Shown here: piece by piece, positions 27,088-37,955 of the stretch
Numbering within the stretch: position 1 is the first letter of the stretch
Layout of the letters: each line of letters starts with the position of its first letter
DNA from: Azolla caroliniana
Lineage: Eukaryota; Plantae; Polypodiophyta
Direction: 5' to 3'
Assembly: GCA_043228905.1 (NCBI GenBank)
Contig: JBHGNT010000007.1
Location: 12,152,001 to 12,216,000 of the forward strand
Length of the DNA stretch: 64,000 nt
Position numbers and translations under genes: made by a program
Notes under the pieces: model-generated
The model's input: only the letters and a program-made list of their open reading frames with translations
What the model was told of the DNA's origin: nothing
Databases searched by the model: none

Positions 27088-28947
27088 ATTGTCGTCGTCG
27101 ACTAATGAATCAAAGTTTTGTGGTGGAGGCGAAGAGAGCTTCAGGCTATGGCGAGGACAAGCAGAAAACCTTTCAGCATGTATACGCTTCTGTCTCTGTG
27201 GTGAAATAGACGTTGCAAAAATAGGTTTTAAGCAAATAACGCGTTGCATGATGCCTGGGGAATAGAAAAGATACTATTAATGTAAAAATCTAGGAATAGC
27301 AATAATGAGTGTTAGTTGCATGCCTCCACTACCCCTTTACTTATAGTCTGTCTAAGTCATTTCCAAGATTTTCCTTTTTGACAGTAAGTTGCTTTTGTCA
27401 AGATAATCTATAGTTTGTTTTTTTTTCTTTGTGTGTGTGTGTGTGACGTATGCCACGTCACTTTGCATAAGCTTCGAGTTTAAATGGGTTTTCCGGCATT
27501 GGCCCATGATACGGTTTAATCCGGAAACCATTTACCCATTTTGGTAAAATCTCGCTTGATAATGTATCAACTTGATACGCCCCATTTTTGTTGTTCACAA
27601 TCCAAACTGGTCCTGTCCATCAAAATCGTAATTTTCCCGGCATTGCCCCCATCTTAGTTTGGAATACTAGTACCGGTTTTCCGATTTCGAATTGTATTTC
27701 AGTCTGACATCTGTGACGATTTACAAATGCCTTTGTTTGCCTTTGCTTCTGTTCCAAAGCTAACATGGCTTGTATTCATTCTTCTTCTAACAGCAATAAG
27801 GATTCTTTCTGAATTTGTTCCGACCTTAGTTCATTTAACTTTTCAGTTGCTTGTATTCGGAGTGTCAGAATCTGAAATTCTACTGGCATTACGGCTTCTA
27901 ACCCGAAAGCCATTCGGAAAGGAGTTGATTTAATAGATGTTTTATAAGACGTTCGATATGCCCATAAAGCACTATGAAGCTTTTGATCCCAATCTGTACG
28001 ATTTTCATTGACTATCTTTTTGAGTATTGTCTGCATTGTTTTATTTGTCGACTCTACTAATCCATTTGCTTGTGGATAGTAAGGAGTGCTCTTCTTATGA
28101 ACCACTACGTAATATGTGGATAGCTCGTGTACAATTTTATTAATGAAATGTGTACCTTGATCGCTTACTAATTCTATCGGACACCCAAATCGACACCATA
28201 TATTTTCGTACAAAAATTTGGTCGTTGATGTTGTCGTATTGTCCCTAAGAGGTTTAGCTTCTACCCACTTTGTACAGTAATCTGTAGCGACTATAATGTA
28301 ACGATTACCTGTACGTATGGCTACTGGTTTAAATGGACCGACAAAATCCAATCCCCATTTTTGAAATGGCTCCAAAGGCAAAACTAGTTGGAAAGGAATT
28401 TTGTCCTTTTCTGTAGGTTGCCCCAGTCTCTAACATAAATCACATTTTCGACAATAGTCTAGTGCATCCTTCATTACTGTCGGCCACCATAAGCCACTGT
28501 TCCATATTTTTTGGGCTGTAGTTTCTCCAACATAATGACCGCCTGCAATACCACAATGAGATTCTTGGAGAATTACCGATTTCTCAAATTGTCGTGCTGC
28601 TCTTCTCCAAATTCCGTCTGCACCTTTATGATAGAGAGTGTCATTCAAAAGACAAAAATTCCGACTACGAACGGCTAACCTTTTTCTTTCATCCGCCAAT
28701 AGATGCTCGGGTGGTAGCCCTGTTCTTCATTTATTTCCTATACCCGTACTGCTTCCACTCGAAAGAGTTGTCCATCCGGAAAATCGTCTCTCACACTTGT
28801 GCCTTCTTCTCCCGACTCTAGTCGGCTAAGATAATCAGCAATCGCATGTTGTACCCCTGGCCGATGTAACATGTCAAACTCGAATTCTTGCAATAATAAT
28901 GTCCATCGTGCTAGCTTACTAGTTAATTCTTGTTTAGAGACCAAATA

Positions 28948-31900
28948 TGTTGGGAATCGACGCTCCGATTCACTTTCACCACTCGGCCACAACCGAGGAA
29001 ACACACGAATCAATGCAGCAGAATATAGGAAACACAGAGAAAGACACGATGACACAGGGATTAACGTGGAAAACCCTGTACGGGAAAAACCACGGGAGTA
29101 CAAGACTCCGAACCAAAACTATGCACAGAGAAATATACAATGGCGAGCTGCAAGGCGACGACCTTGAGCTCGCTGTCCTCGCCACAGGCGGCGGAATTAC
29201 ACAGAGGCGTCGACCTCTTCCTTTCTCACGCTCTATCTCTCTCACGGCTGCTCTCTCTCTCTCTCTCTCACGGCTGCTCTCTCCCTCCACTCCTCTTGAG
29301 TGGAAAAACAGAAAAATGAGTAGCAACAATAAAACTGTTTGCCCTAAGTCATATTTATACACATATGACTTTGGGGCTATTTACAACTATAGCCTCAAGG
29401 GCCCTTGGCAAACATATTCACAGATATGTCCCCGCATCCGGATCTCTCTCCGGATACATTCGTCATCCGGCTCCGAAGCCGGGGTCTTCATCATCCGGTT
29501 CCGAAACCGCAACCGGGCTTGTCGGCATTCATCTCCGACATCCGACCATCCCATCCGAAGGGACCGTAATCCCAACAAACTCCCCCTTCACTTCGGCATG
29601 GGATGTCTCTCCAATCCGATCCTCTTCCGGCATGCTTCCAGCTTGTCGGATGTGAGCACCTTGGTCAGCATATCCGACCCGTTCTCGTCCGTGTGGATCT
29701 TCGTCAGCACGAACTCCTTGTCTTCTATCCTTTCCCGGATCCAGTGATATCTTCGCTGGATGTGCTTCGTCCGGGAGTGATAGGCCGCGTTCTTCGCAAG
29801 GTGGATTGCACTCTGACTGTCGCAGTAGAGTCGATACTCCTCCTGCCGGATACCGAGCTCTCTAATGAAGTCCTTCATCCATATTATTTCCTTGCCGGCT
29901 TCAACAGCCGCCATGTACTCCGCCTCCGTGGTTGACAACGCAACCGTCTTCTGCAGCCTCGACTGCCATGAAACAGCTCCCCCTGCATACATCATCACAT
30001 ACCCTGATGTGGACCGGCTGGTATCTGCATCAGCCGACATATCCGAATCGGTGAAGCCGTCGAGTTCGGGCTTACCGGAGCCGAATCGGAGGCACACGTT
30101 TGCCGTGCCCTTCAGGTATCGGAGTATCCACTTGGCCGCGTTCCAATGCTCTTTGCCGGGATTGCTCATGTACCGGCTCACCACTCCGACTGCATATCCT
30201 ATGTCCGGTCGAGTACACACCATTGCGTACATCAAGCTCCCGACGGCAGAGGCATATGGCACTTTCATCATGTCCTCCTTCTCAGCCTTTGTCTTGGGGC
30301 TTTGCTTGCTGGACAGCTTGCAGTTTGCCGGGAGGGTCGATCCGACCGGTCTTGCTTCCGACATGTTGAACCGGTGAAGCACCTTTGTCACGTACTTCTC
30401 CTGTGACAGCCACAACTGCTTCTTCTTCCGGTCCCGGATGATGTGCATCCCTAGTATTTGCCTCGCCGGACCCAGGTCCTTCATTGAGAAGGTTCGGTGA
30501 AGAGCCTTCTTCAGCATCCGTATCTTGACCTGGTCTCGTCCGACGATCAACATGTCATCCACGTACAGGAGGAGTATTAGAAAGTCTCCTCCTTCGAACT
30601 TCTTCACAAACACGCAGTGATCGGACTGCGTTTTGTGGTACCCTTCGTCTGTCATGAAGGAGTCGAACTTCCGGTACCATTGCCGGGGAGCCTGCTTCAG
30701 ACCGTAAAGGCTCTTCTTCAACCGGCATACTAGGTGCTCCTTCCCTTTCTTCTCGAATCCTTCCGGTTGCTGCATGTAGATCTCTTCTTCGAGGTCACCG
30801 TGAAGGAATGCCGTCTTCACGTCCATCTGTTCTACCTCGAGGTCCATGCTTGCCGCTATGCTCAGCACCGTCCGGATGGATGTCATCTTCACTACCGGGG
30901 CAAATATCTCGTCGAAGTCGACGCCCTTCTTCTGCTGAAACCCCTTCACCACGATCCTGGCTTTGTATCTCGGGGGGTTTCCGGCATCTCCCGGTTTCAG
31001 CTTGAACACCCACTTGTTACTGAGTGCCCGTTTTCCTTTCGGCAGCTCCACAAGTTCATATGTGTGGTTCTCATGCAGGGAATCCATCTCCTCCTGCATG
31101 GCACTTAACCACCTGCAGCTATGGGTGTCATGCTTCGCTTCTTCAAGGCTTTCCGGCTCCCCTTCGTCGGTTAGCAGCACGTGCTCTGGTTCCGGAAATC
31201 TCCGGGGGGCCCTTCTCTCTCTTAGAGGATATCTCCGTTCCGGAGCTTCGGTAACCGGTTCTTCCGATTCTTCTTCATCCGAATCCATTTCGGGATCGGG
31301 GCCGGTTCCGGTATCATTTTCATCTTCTTCGGCCGGTTCTATTTCTTCACCGTCTTCGGCCGGATCCTCGAGTGCTAACCGGTCCCTTGCCGGTCGGGAC
31401 TGCTCCTCGTAGAGTTGATCCTCACCGGTCGACTTGGAGCTCTTCATCTTCTTCTCCGACTCCCAGTCGGCGAGTGTCTTGTTCTCCATGAAGATGATAT
31501 CACGACTCCGGAATATCTTCTTGTCGACCGGGTCCCATACTCGGTAGCCGAACTCGTCATCGCCGTAACCGAGGAATATGCATGGCCGGGTCTTTGGATC
31601 TAGCTTTCCTCTCCGGTCCTTAGCCACATGCACATATGCGAGACACCCGAACACCTTCAGATGCCGGTAGGATACTTCCCTACCGGTCCACACTCTCTGC
31701 GGCGTGTCTCCGTCCAAAGGTACTGAGGGTGATCTGTTTATCACGTATGTCGCCGTCGACATCGCCTCAGCCCAAAACCCCTTGGGTAATTCCGCATGCG
31801 CCAGCATACTCCGGACCCTCTCCATTATGGTCCGGTTCATCCTCTCGGCCAGCCCGTTCAGTTCCGGCGTCTTCGGCACAGTAAACTCGAGCCGGATTCC

Positions 31901-34321
31901 CTTCAAGCGACAGTACTCCGCGAACTGCCCCCGGTATTCCCCTCCGTTATCCGCTCGTATCGCTTTCAGCTTCTTGCCGGATTCCCTTTCCACTCTCGCG
32001 TGGAGTTCTTTGAAGACGCACAACACTTGGTCCTTTGTCTTCAACGGTGCCGTCCACAGCTTCCGGCTGTGATCATCAATGAATGTTACGAAGTACTGGG
32101 CTCCGCCATGTGACTTCGTTTCTACCTGACACACATCAGTGTGCACCAACTCCAATGGTGCGCTACGTCTCGTCGGTGGCCTTGAGTGGAAGGAGGTTCG
32201 GTTCTGCTTACCGGCCAGGCAATCAGTGCACTTCTCCAGGTGCACATGCTTCACTGGAATAAGGTTGTCTTCTGCAAGCCTCTTCATCCCCTTCTCACTC
32301 ATGTGGCACAGTCTCTTGTGCCACAGCTCACCGGCAGTGTCGGCTGCCACGTTCAACTCTTCCGGACACAACCAGGCATTCATAAGGTATAGTGTGTTGA
32401 CTTTCCGGGCCCGAGCCACTATTAGGCTCCCTTTGCTGAACTTCATTACGCCGTTCCGGATGCTACCTGTGTAGCCTTCATCGTCTAGCCTCCCGGCCGA
32501 AATCAAGTTCAATCGAACCTCCGGAACGTGTCGGACATCCTTCAGCAGCATTTTGCATCCGGTCGAGGTTGTCAACCACACGTCTCCTATGCCGGCAATC
32601 TGGCACGTACCTTCATTTCCCATCCGAACACAGCCATGCTCACCGGCTGTGTAGGATGAGAAGTATCTTCTCTCCGGGGTCAGGTGGAACGATGCTCCGG
32701 AATCGACCACCCAGGTCGTCTCATCGCCGGCAATGTTTAGTTCACCTTCTTCGGTGATGAGCATGATTTCTTCCTCACTTGCCGCGAGTGCCGTCGTTCC
32801 TTTCCGGTCCTGCCCTCGCCGATCCGAACCTCTCCGGTCCGTGGCTCCCCGGTATGCACCGTTTCTCTCCGGTGACTTCTTCGAATCGGTGTCGTCGGCT
32901 CCGTTGTCCTTTCGGTAATGCCGACAATTCTTCCGGAAGTGCCCCGGCTTCCCACAGTGGAAGCATGTGGGTCTTCCTCTTGACTGCGACCGGGTCCCCG
33001 ACTTCTCCCGTCTTTGCGGACTCCGGTTCCATTGTCTTCCCCGTTCTGATTCGGTAAGCAGTGCCTTCGAGTCGGAGGCCGGTTCTTTATCTCTCCGACG
33101 CGCTTCTTCGTTCAAAATACTTGTCTTTACCGTTTGTAGGGACAAGTTGTCTTCCGTGCAGGAGGTGCTGAGAGTCACCACCAAGTTCTCCCAGCTTTCC
33201 GGCAATGTACACATCAGAATGATGGCTTGCATTGCATCCTCCAGCGGGAACTTGATCGCCGCAAGCTGGTTCACGAATCCCATGAACGTGCTTACGTGTT
33301 CCACCATACTCTCGCCGTCCTGGTACTTGAGGTTCACTATCTTCCTCATCAGGGAGGTCCGGTTCAACGCATTCTTCCTCTCGTAGAGGCCCGACAGCTT
33401 CCGCCACATCTCATATGCGTTGATGTCGTTCGCCACATGTTGTAGAACGCTCACGTCGACGTATTGCCGAATGGTTGCAACGGCTTTCCGGTTCAGAAGC
33501 CTCCATTCCGACTCAAGTACCCCCTTCGGTATTTCCGACCTGTCAATCGGTTCGTACAGGTCCCGAACAATCAGAAGATCCTCCATCTTGATCTTCCAGT
33601 CGGCGTAATTCTGCGCATTCAGCACCATCATCCCCGGCTGCCCGCTGCCGCCGCCTTCCATTTTCTGCAGCAGCTCGCTCTGATACCAGTTTGTTGGGAA
33701 TCGACGCTCCAATTCACTTTCACCACTCGGCCACAACCGAGGAAACACACGAATCAATGCAGCAGAATATAGGAAACACAGAGAAAGACACGATGACACA
33801 GGGATTAACGTGGAAAACCCTGTACGGGAAAAACCACGAGAGTACAAGACTCCGAACCAAAACTATGCACAGAGAAATATACAATGGCGAGCTGCAAGGC
33901 GACGACCTTGAGCTCGCTGTCCTCGCCACAGGCGGCGGAATTACACAGAGGCGTCGACCTCTTCCTTTCTCACGCTCTATCTCTCTCACGGCTGCTCTCT
34001 CTCTCTCTCTCTCACGGCTGCTCTCTCCCTCCACTCCTCTTGAGTGGAAAAACAGAAAAATGAGTAGCAACAATAAAACTGTTTGCCCTAAGTCATATTT
34101 ATACACATATGACTTTGGGGCTATTTACAACTATAGCCTCAAGGGCCCTTGGCAAACATATTCACAGATATGTCCCCGCATCCGGATCTCTCTCCGGGTA
34201 CATTCGTCATCCGGCTCCGAAGCCGGGGTCTTCATCATCCGGTTCCGAAACCGCAACCGGGCTTGTCGGCATTCATCTCCGACATCCGACCATCCCATCC
34301 GAAGGGACCGTAATCCCAACA
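28948..34321 (-). mobile_element. Element K: intact, very young Tnt1/Tork-like Ty1/Copia
   Basis: 630-bp LTRs (28948-29577 and 33692-34321) with 3 differences seen by eye; perfect TSD AAATA; PBS TGGTATCAGAGC at 33677-33688; PPT GAAGGGGGAG at ~29580-29589. Confidence 0.97.
29588..33661 (-). CDS. Uninterrupted Copia gag-pol polyprotein (1357 aa): gag, CCHC, protease, integrase, RT, RNase H
   Basis: CFHCGKPGHFRKNC, WVVDSGASFH, HTDVC/RADNGGEY/NGLAERMN, QMDVKTAFL, LYVDDM, FTDSD/TEAEY/CDSQSA/SDMLTK. Confidence 0.97.
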   Translation of the reverse strand: MEGGGSGQPGMMVLNAQNYADWKIKMEDLLIVRDLYEPIDRSEIPKGVLESEWRLLNRKAVATIRQYVDVSVLQHVANDINAYEMWRKLSGLYERKNALNRTSLMRKIVNLKYQDGESMVEHVSTFMGFVNQLAAIKFPLEDAMQAIILMCTLPESWENLVVTLSTSCTEDNLSLQTVKTSILNEEARRRDKEPASDSKALLTESERGRQWNRSPQRREKSGTRSQSRGRPTCFHCGKPGHFRKNCRHYRKDNGADDTDSKKSPERNGAYRGATDRRGSDRRGQDRKGTTALAASEEEIMLITEEGELNIAGDETTWVVDSGASFHLTPERRYFSSYTAGEHGCVRMGNEGTCQIAGIGDVWLTTSTGCKMLLKDVRHVPEVRLNLISAGRLDDEGYTGSIRNGVMKFSKGSLIVARARKVNTLYLMNAWLCPEELNVAADTAGELWHKRLCHMSEKGMKRLAEDNLIPVKHVHLEKCTDCLAGKQNRTSFHSRPPTRRSAPLELVHTDVCQVETKSHGGAQYFVTFIDDHSRKLWTAPLKTKDQVLCVFKELHARVERESGKKLKAIRADNGGEYRGQFAEYCRLKGIRLEFTVPKTPELNGLAERMNRTIMERVRSMLAHAELPKGFWAEAMSTATYVINRSPSVPLDGDTPQRVWTGREVSYRHLKVFGCLAYVHVAKDRRGKLDPKTRPCIFLGYGDDEFGYRVWDPVDKKIFRSRDIIFMENKTLADWESEKKMKSSKSTGEDQLYEEQSRPARDRLALEDPAEDGEEIEPAEEDENDTGTGPDPEMDSDEEESEEPVTEAPERRYPLRERRAPRRFPEPEHVLLTDEGEPESLEEAKHDTHSCRWLSAMQEEMDSLHENHTYELVELPKGKRALSNKWVFKLKPGDAGNPPRYKARIVVKGFQQKKGVDFDEIFAPVVKMTSIRTVLSIAASMDLEVEQMDVKTAFLHGDLEEEIYMQQPEGFEKKGKEHLVCRLKKSLYGLKQAPRQWYRKFDSFMTDEGYHKTQSDHCVFVKKFEGGDFLILLLYVDDMLIVGRDQVKIRMLKKALHRTFSMKDLGPARQILGMHIIRDRKKKQLWLSQEKYVTKVLHRFNMSEARPVGSTLPANCKLSSKQSPKTKAEKEDMMKVPYASAVGSLMYAMVCTRPDIGYAVGVVSRYMSNPGKEHWNAAKWILRYLKGTANVCLRFGSGKPELDGFTDSDMSADADTSRSTSGYVMMYAGGAVSWQSRLQKTVALSTTEAEYMAAVEAGKEIIWMKDFIRELGIRQEEYRLYCDSQSAIHLAKNAAYHSRTKHIQRRYHWIRERIEDKEFVLTKIHTDENGSDMLTKVLTSDKLEACRKRIGLERHPMPK

Positions 34322-37300
34322 AAATAGAGAAGAGCAGAATGATCGACATGGAATGTAAATTTCTTGCCCAAAAGGTAGTGGCAAAATTTATTAACACTAT
34401 AAATCATTCCTAACGCTTCCCTCTCGGTTGTTGAATAATTCCTTTCCGTTGTCGAGAGTTTCTGACTAGCGTAATATACTGGTCTATACCAGTTCGGTTC
34501 GGATAACTGCATAAGTCCACTGCCGATTGCTATATCAGATGCATCAACGAACGCATGGAAGGGTTTATTCCAGTCAGGTGGTTGAACCACCGGAACTTTA
34601 AACAACATTTTCATGAGGTGCTCGTACGTGTCCTGCTCCACACTTGTCCATTGAAAAGGAACTTTATGCACCGCTGTGTGTAGAGGAATGGCAACATCCA
34701 CAAGATATCTAATCATTCTGCTATGCCATCTAATCTGCCCCAAGAACCGACTAAGGCCCTTAGCGTTTGTAGGTGCTGGTGCTTCTAATAGGTCTCTGAC
34801 CTTGTCTGGGTCAACTACAATTCCTTCTTGGCCAACAATATGGCCTAGCAGTGCTCCACTAGTAACTCCAAACGCGCATTTTGCCAGATTCAAGCTGAGC
34901 CGACCTTTCCAGCATTGCTCCAAACATAATCGTAAATGTTCGAAATGTTCCGATTTCCGACTATAAACGGCAAAATCATCCAAGAAAACTTACATAAATG
35001 TGGGAATGTATACCACAAAGATTTCCTATATAACCCTTTGAAATGTGGCCGGGGCTGTTTTTAATCCGAACATCATTACTACTGCCACAAACACTCCCCA
35101 TTCCATAACGAAGGTTGTCTTCTCTTGATCCTCCAGATGCATCCTTACCTAATTATATCCACTAAATCCATCCAGGAAACTATACATTTCATGACCAGCG
35201 ACTGCATCCAATATCGCATCCATAAATGGTAATGGAAATGCGTTTGTTACTGTTGCTACATTCAGTTTCCGGTAGTCGACGCATACTCGAATTTTCCCAT
35301 TCTTTTTCGGAACAACTACAATTGGACTCAGCCAGAATAAACCCTACCTTCAGGAGTTTATCTATTTCCTCTTTAACTTTAATTGCATAATTAGGATTTA
35401 AACGATACCTACGTTGTTGAACCAGTTTCGCATCTTTATGCAAGTTAATTTGGTGTTGGCAGAAAGCTGGATTTAGCCCTTTCATGTCTTCAAAAGACCA
35501 AGAAAAAACATCCTTATATTGCTTTAGTAACCCAATTAATCGTTGCTTATCCACCACCCTCATATCTTTAGCAACCAACATTGTTTTCGGTTCAAGCCCA
35601 TTATCATCTTCTGCCAAATTTACTTCCTCTAATGCCGAAGCCTGGACCCGTTGAGATACCTTCATTTCTCTTTCGGTAGCTTCCTACTGCATTCGGATTT
35701 CTTTCATTGTTTGCTCATCTAATGGTAACTCCTCTTGTGAATGCACGTACGGAGTCAAGGCTTGTAATATGTCTACTTCGAACAAAGGAATCATTTTTGG
35801 GTTATCCTTAAAATAATGATTCTCTTCGACCTCATCTAGTCCTTCTGTCATATTTACGGTCTCCGCATGAATTGGCAAACATTGTTTGCTCGTCGTAATC
35901 TTATTCTGAGTAGACACCCGGATTTTTGTCTTGCCTTTTCGAAATGTCAATAAATTCTGATTCCAATTTTGCTTAATATTAGCAGTTTTTAACCATGGTC
36001 GACCTAAGAGCAAAGGATATGCCCTAGGAGCTTCCAAATGAAGCACCACTGTTGATATTTGAAAAGTGTGACCTCCTAACACGACATCTAATTGTCACAG
36101 TAAACCGATTGGTCGTATCGTACTAGTATCAGCCATCCTCGGCCAAAATGGACATGCTTCCCATTTGGTAATGCCAAGCCTATCACAAGTAGTTTTATTA
36201 ATTACATTCACTCCTGAGCCACCATTGACAATAGCACCTTCTATTTCTTGACCATGAGTTATTACTTTAATAGAAGGATTTTGCTCATCCATAATTGAAG
36301 GACTGTTACTTGGTTGATTATAGTGGACGGCTACCTGTTCTGTCCCTTTTTGGGCAATTAACGTTGCCACTTTCTCTATGAACCTAGGAACTAATTTGAG
36401 TAAGCCCGTCAAAGGTAATGACACCTGGAAATCCGCCAAAATTTTCCAAGTTTCCTCTTGTTCTGGTATAGCTATAGCTCCAGGTAGTTCATTAGCTTGA
36501 TTGATCTCATTGTCTTGGAGCATTCGGGACACATTATTTTTATTTGCTTCTTCTACCCATTCCTTGGTTGCTTTCCGATAGCTTCCTAAATTTCCCACTT
36601 TGATTGTTTACTTTTACTTCTGGTGGTCACTTGTTTTTCCTTTTCCTTTAGACGAACATTGATTTGCATAATGTCCATCCTGTCGGCAAATATAGCAAGT
36701 AGGAACAAATGTTCCACTTCCTTCGCCTTGCACAAATTGATGATTTCCATCCTCATTAGAATTTGAAGGTTGTTGAAATTGTCGTGACGCTTTTTGCTTA
36801 TAAATTTTTTTATTCTTATAACGATTTTGTTTAAACCGACCTCCATTGTGTTGTTGACGGTTGTTATCTTGTGCCGCTGAAATGATTCTATTGATAATTA
36901 TTTTGTCGAGCGGTTTCTTGGTACCCATTATTGAACATATTTCGGTTATTCTGGTACCCATTTTCCGGAAAAAATTGTTGTATCGGCGCCGTTGTTTTGT
37001 TAAGTAGATTATATTCACATTGCTCAACCGAATGGAGTTTAGAATGACATATTGTGCAATGTGTTCGTAAACTACATTCTATTGTCGAATGCCCAGTATT
37101 CAAACAAGTAGTACATTGAACTGGTTGCCGAAACTGCAACTCCTCCATAGTTGGCAACATATGATGTAATGCCGACATATCCATACTCCTTACATTTTTC
37201 GGATTCTGGCCCATAGCGATTGCCTTATCAATCACTTGCTCGATCGTCTGATTCTGGAAATCGAACACTGCTAATGTTGTTCATAATGGTTCACCAATTG

Positions 37301-37942
37301 CTTCAAGGAATACATCCTTCAATTTGTTGTCTGGAATACGCCTGGAAATCTGGAGTTGTAAATTCTGAAAACGGATGACAAATTGAGACACTGTTTCATG
37401 TGGCTCCTGATATAACGCATAAAATTGAGCTATCAGATCCTTCTGAGGAATCTGACGATGAAATAATTGCAGAAATTTGATGGTTAATTGTTCAAATGTT
37501 TCGAACGCATGGAAACCATTTTGCACAAACCAATTAGCGGACTGACCATCCAATGACAAAACAAACTCGGAAATTTTAGATTTGTCTTCGGCTGCTGTCG
37601 ATAGCCTCTGAGCTCCATGGTTAATTTCCCATTGTTGTCAAGAATTCCCTAACATGCGCTTTTGCATCAACTCCTTCCCGAAATTTAGAATATGGGTGAG
37701 GCATATTGTCTTCACTCCAGATATCGTAAAATGATACTTCTTTTGACTGATTTTCATCCGACTGACTATCAGTTAAATCGGGAAGTGCAAACCACCTTCT
37801 ACTTGTTTCTGGTTGTACCTCTGCAGCCAAATCTTTTTCTAGTGTCTTTGTAATCGAACGTGTATGAGGACGTTTACAACAAACTGGTGTATCTAGATCA
37901 GACGACATCCATTCGACTTGTTCTCTGCAAACTACAGATGTA

Positions 37943-37955
37943 ACCGGGCGCGCCA
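37943..37955 (-). promoter_or_regulatory. 5' PBS of element B (TGGCGCGCCCGGT; tRNA-Arg type)
   Basis: TGG motif 11 nt inside the 5' LTR. Resembles the Arg-type PBS of Tat/Ogre-like elements as I recall them; not verified. Confidence 0.65.

Larger units (their letters stand above)
27458..37908 (-). pseudogene. gag-pol of element B, interrupted in RNase H by K
   Basis: CCHC motifs (CYICRQDGHYANQC), protease IVNGGSGVN, RT, RNase H (HVDHSALLY|LVSKQ split at the K TSD) and integrase (WGLDFVGPF). Confidence 0.9.

Noticed and set aside
28947-29747. Long plus-strand ORFs (266 aa here, 240 aa at 33691-34413)
   Set aside because: They are antisense readings of the K LTRs, including the CT microsatellite, with no recognisable domain.
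33662-33847. In-frame hydrophobic 62-aa N-terminal extension of K gag from the LTR, like glyco-Gag
   Set aside because: It starts at TTG, T-rich U5 sequence gives hydrophobic codons by chance, and I saw no support in the related element F.
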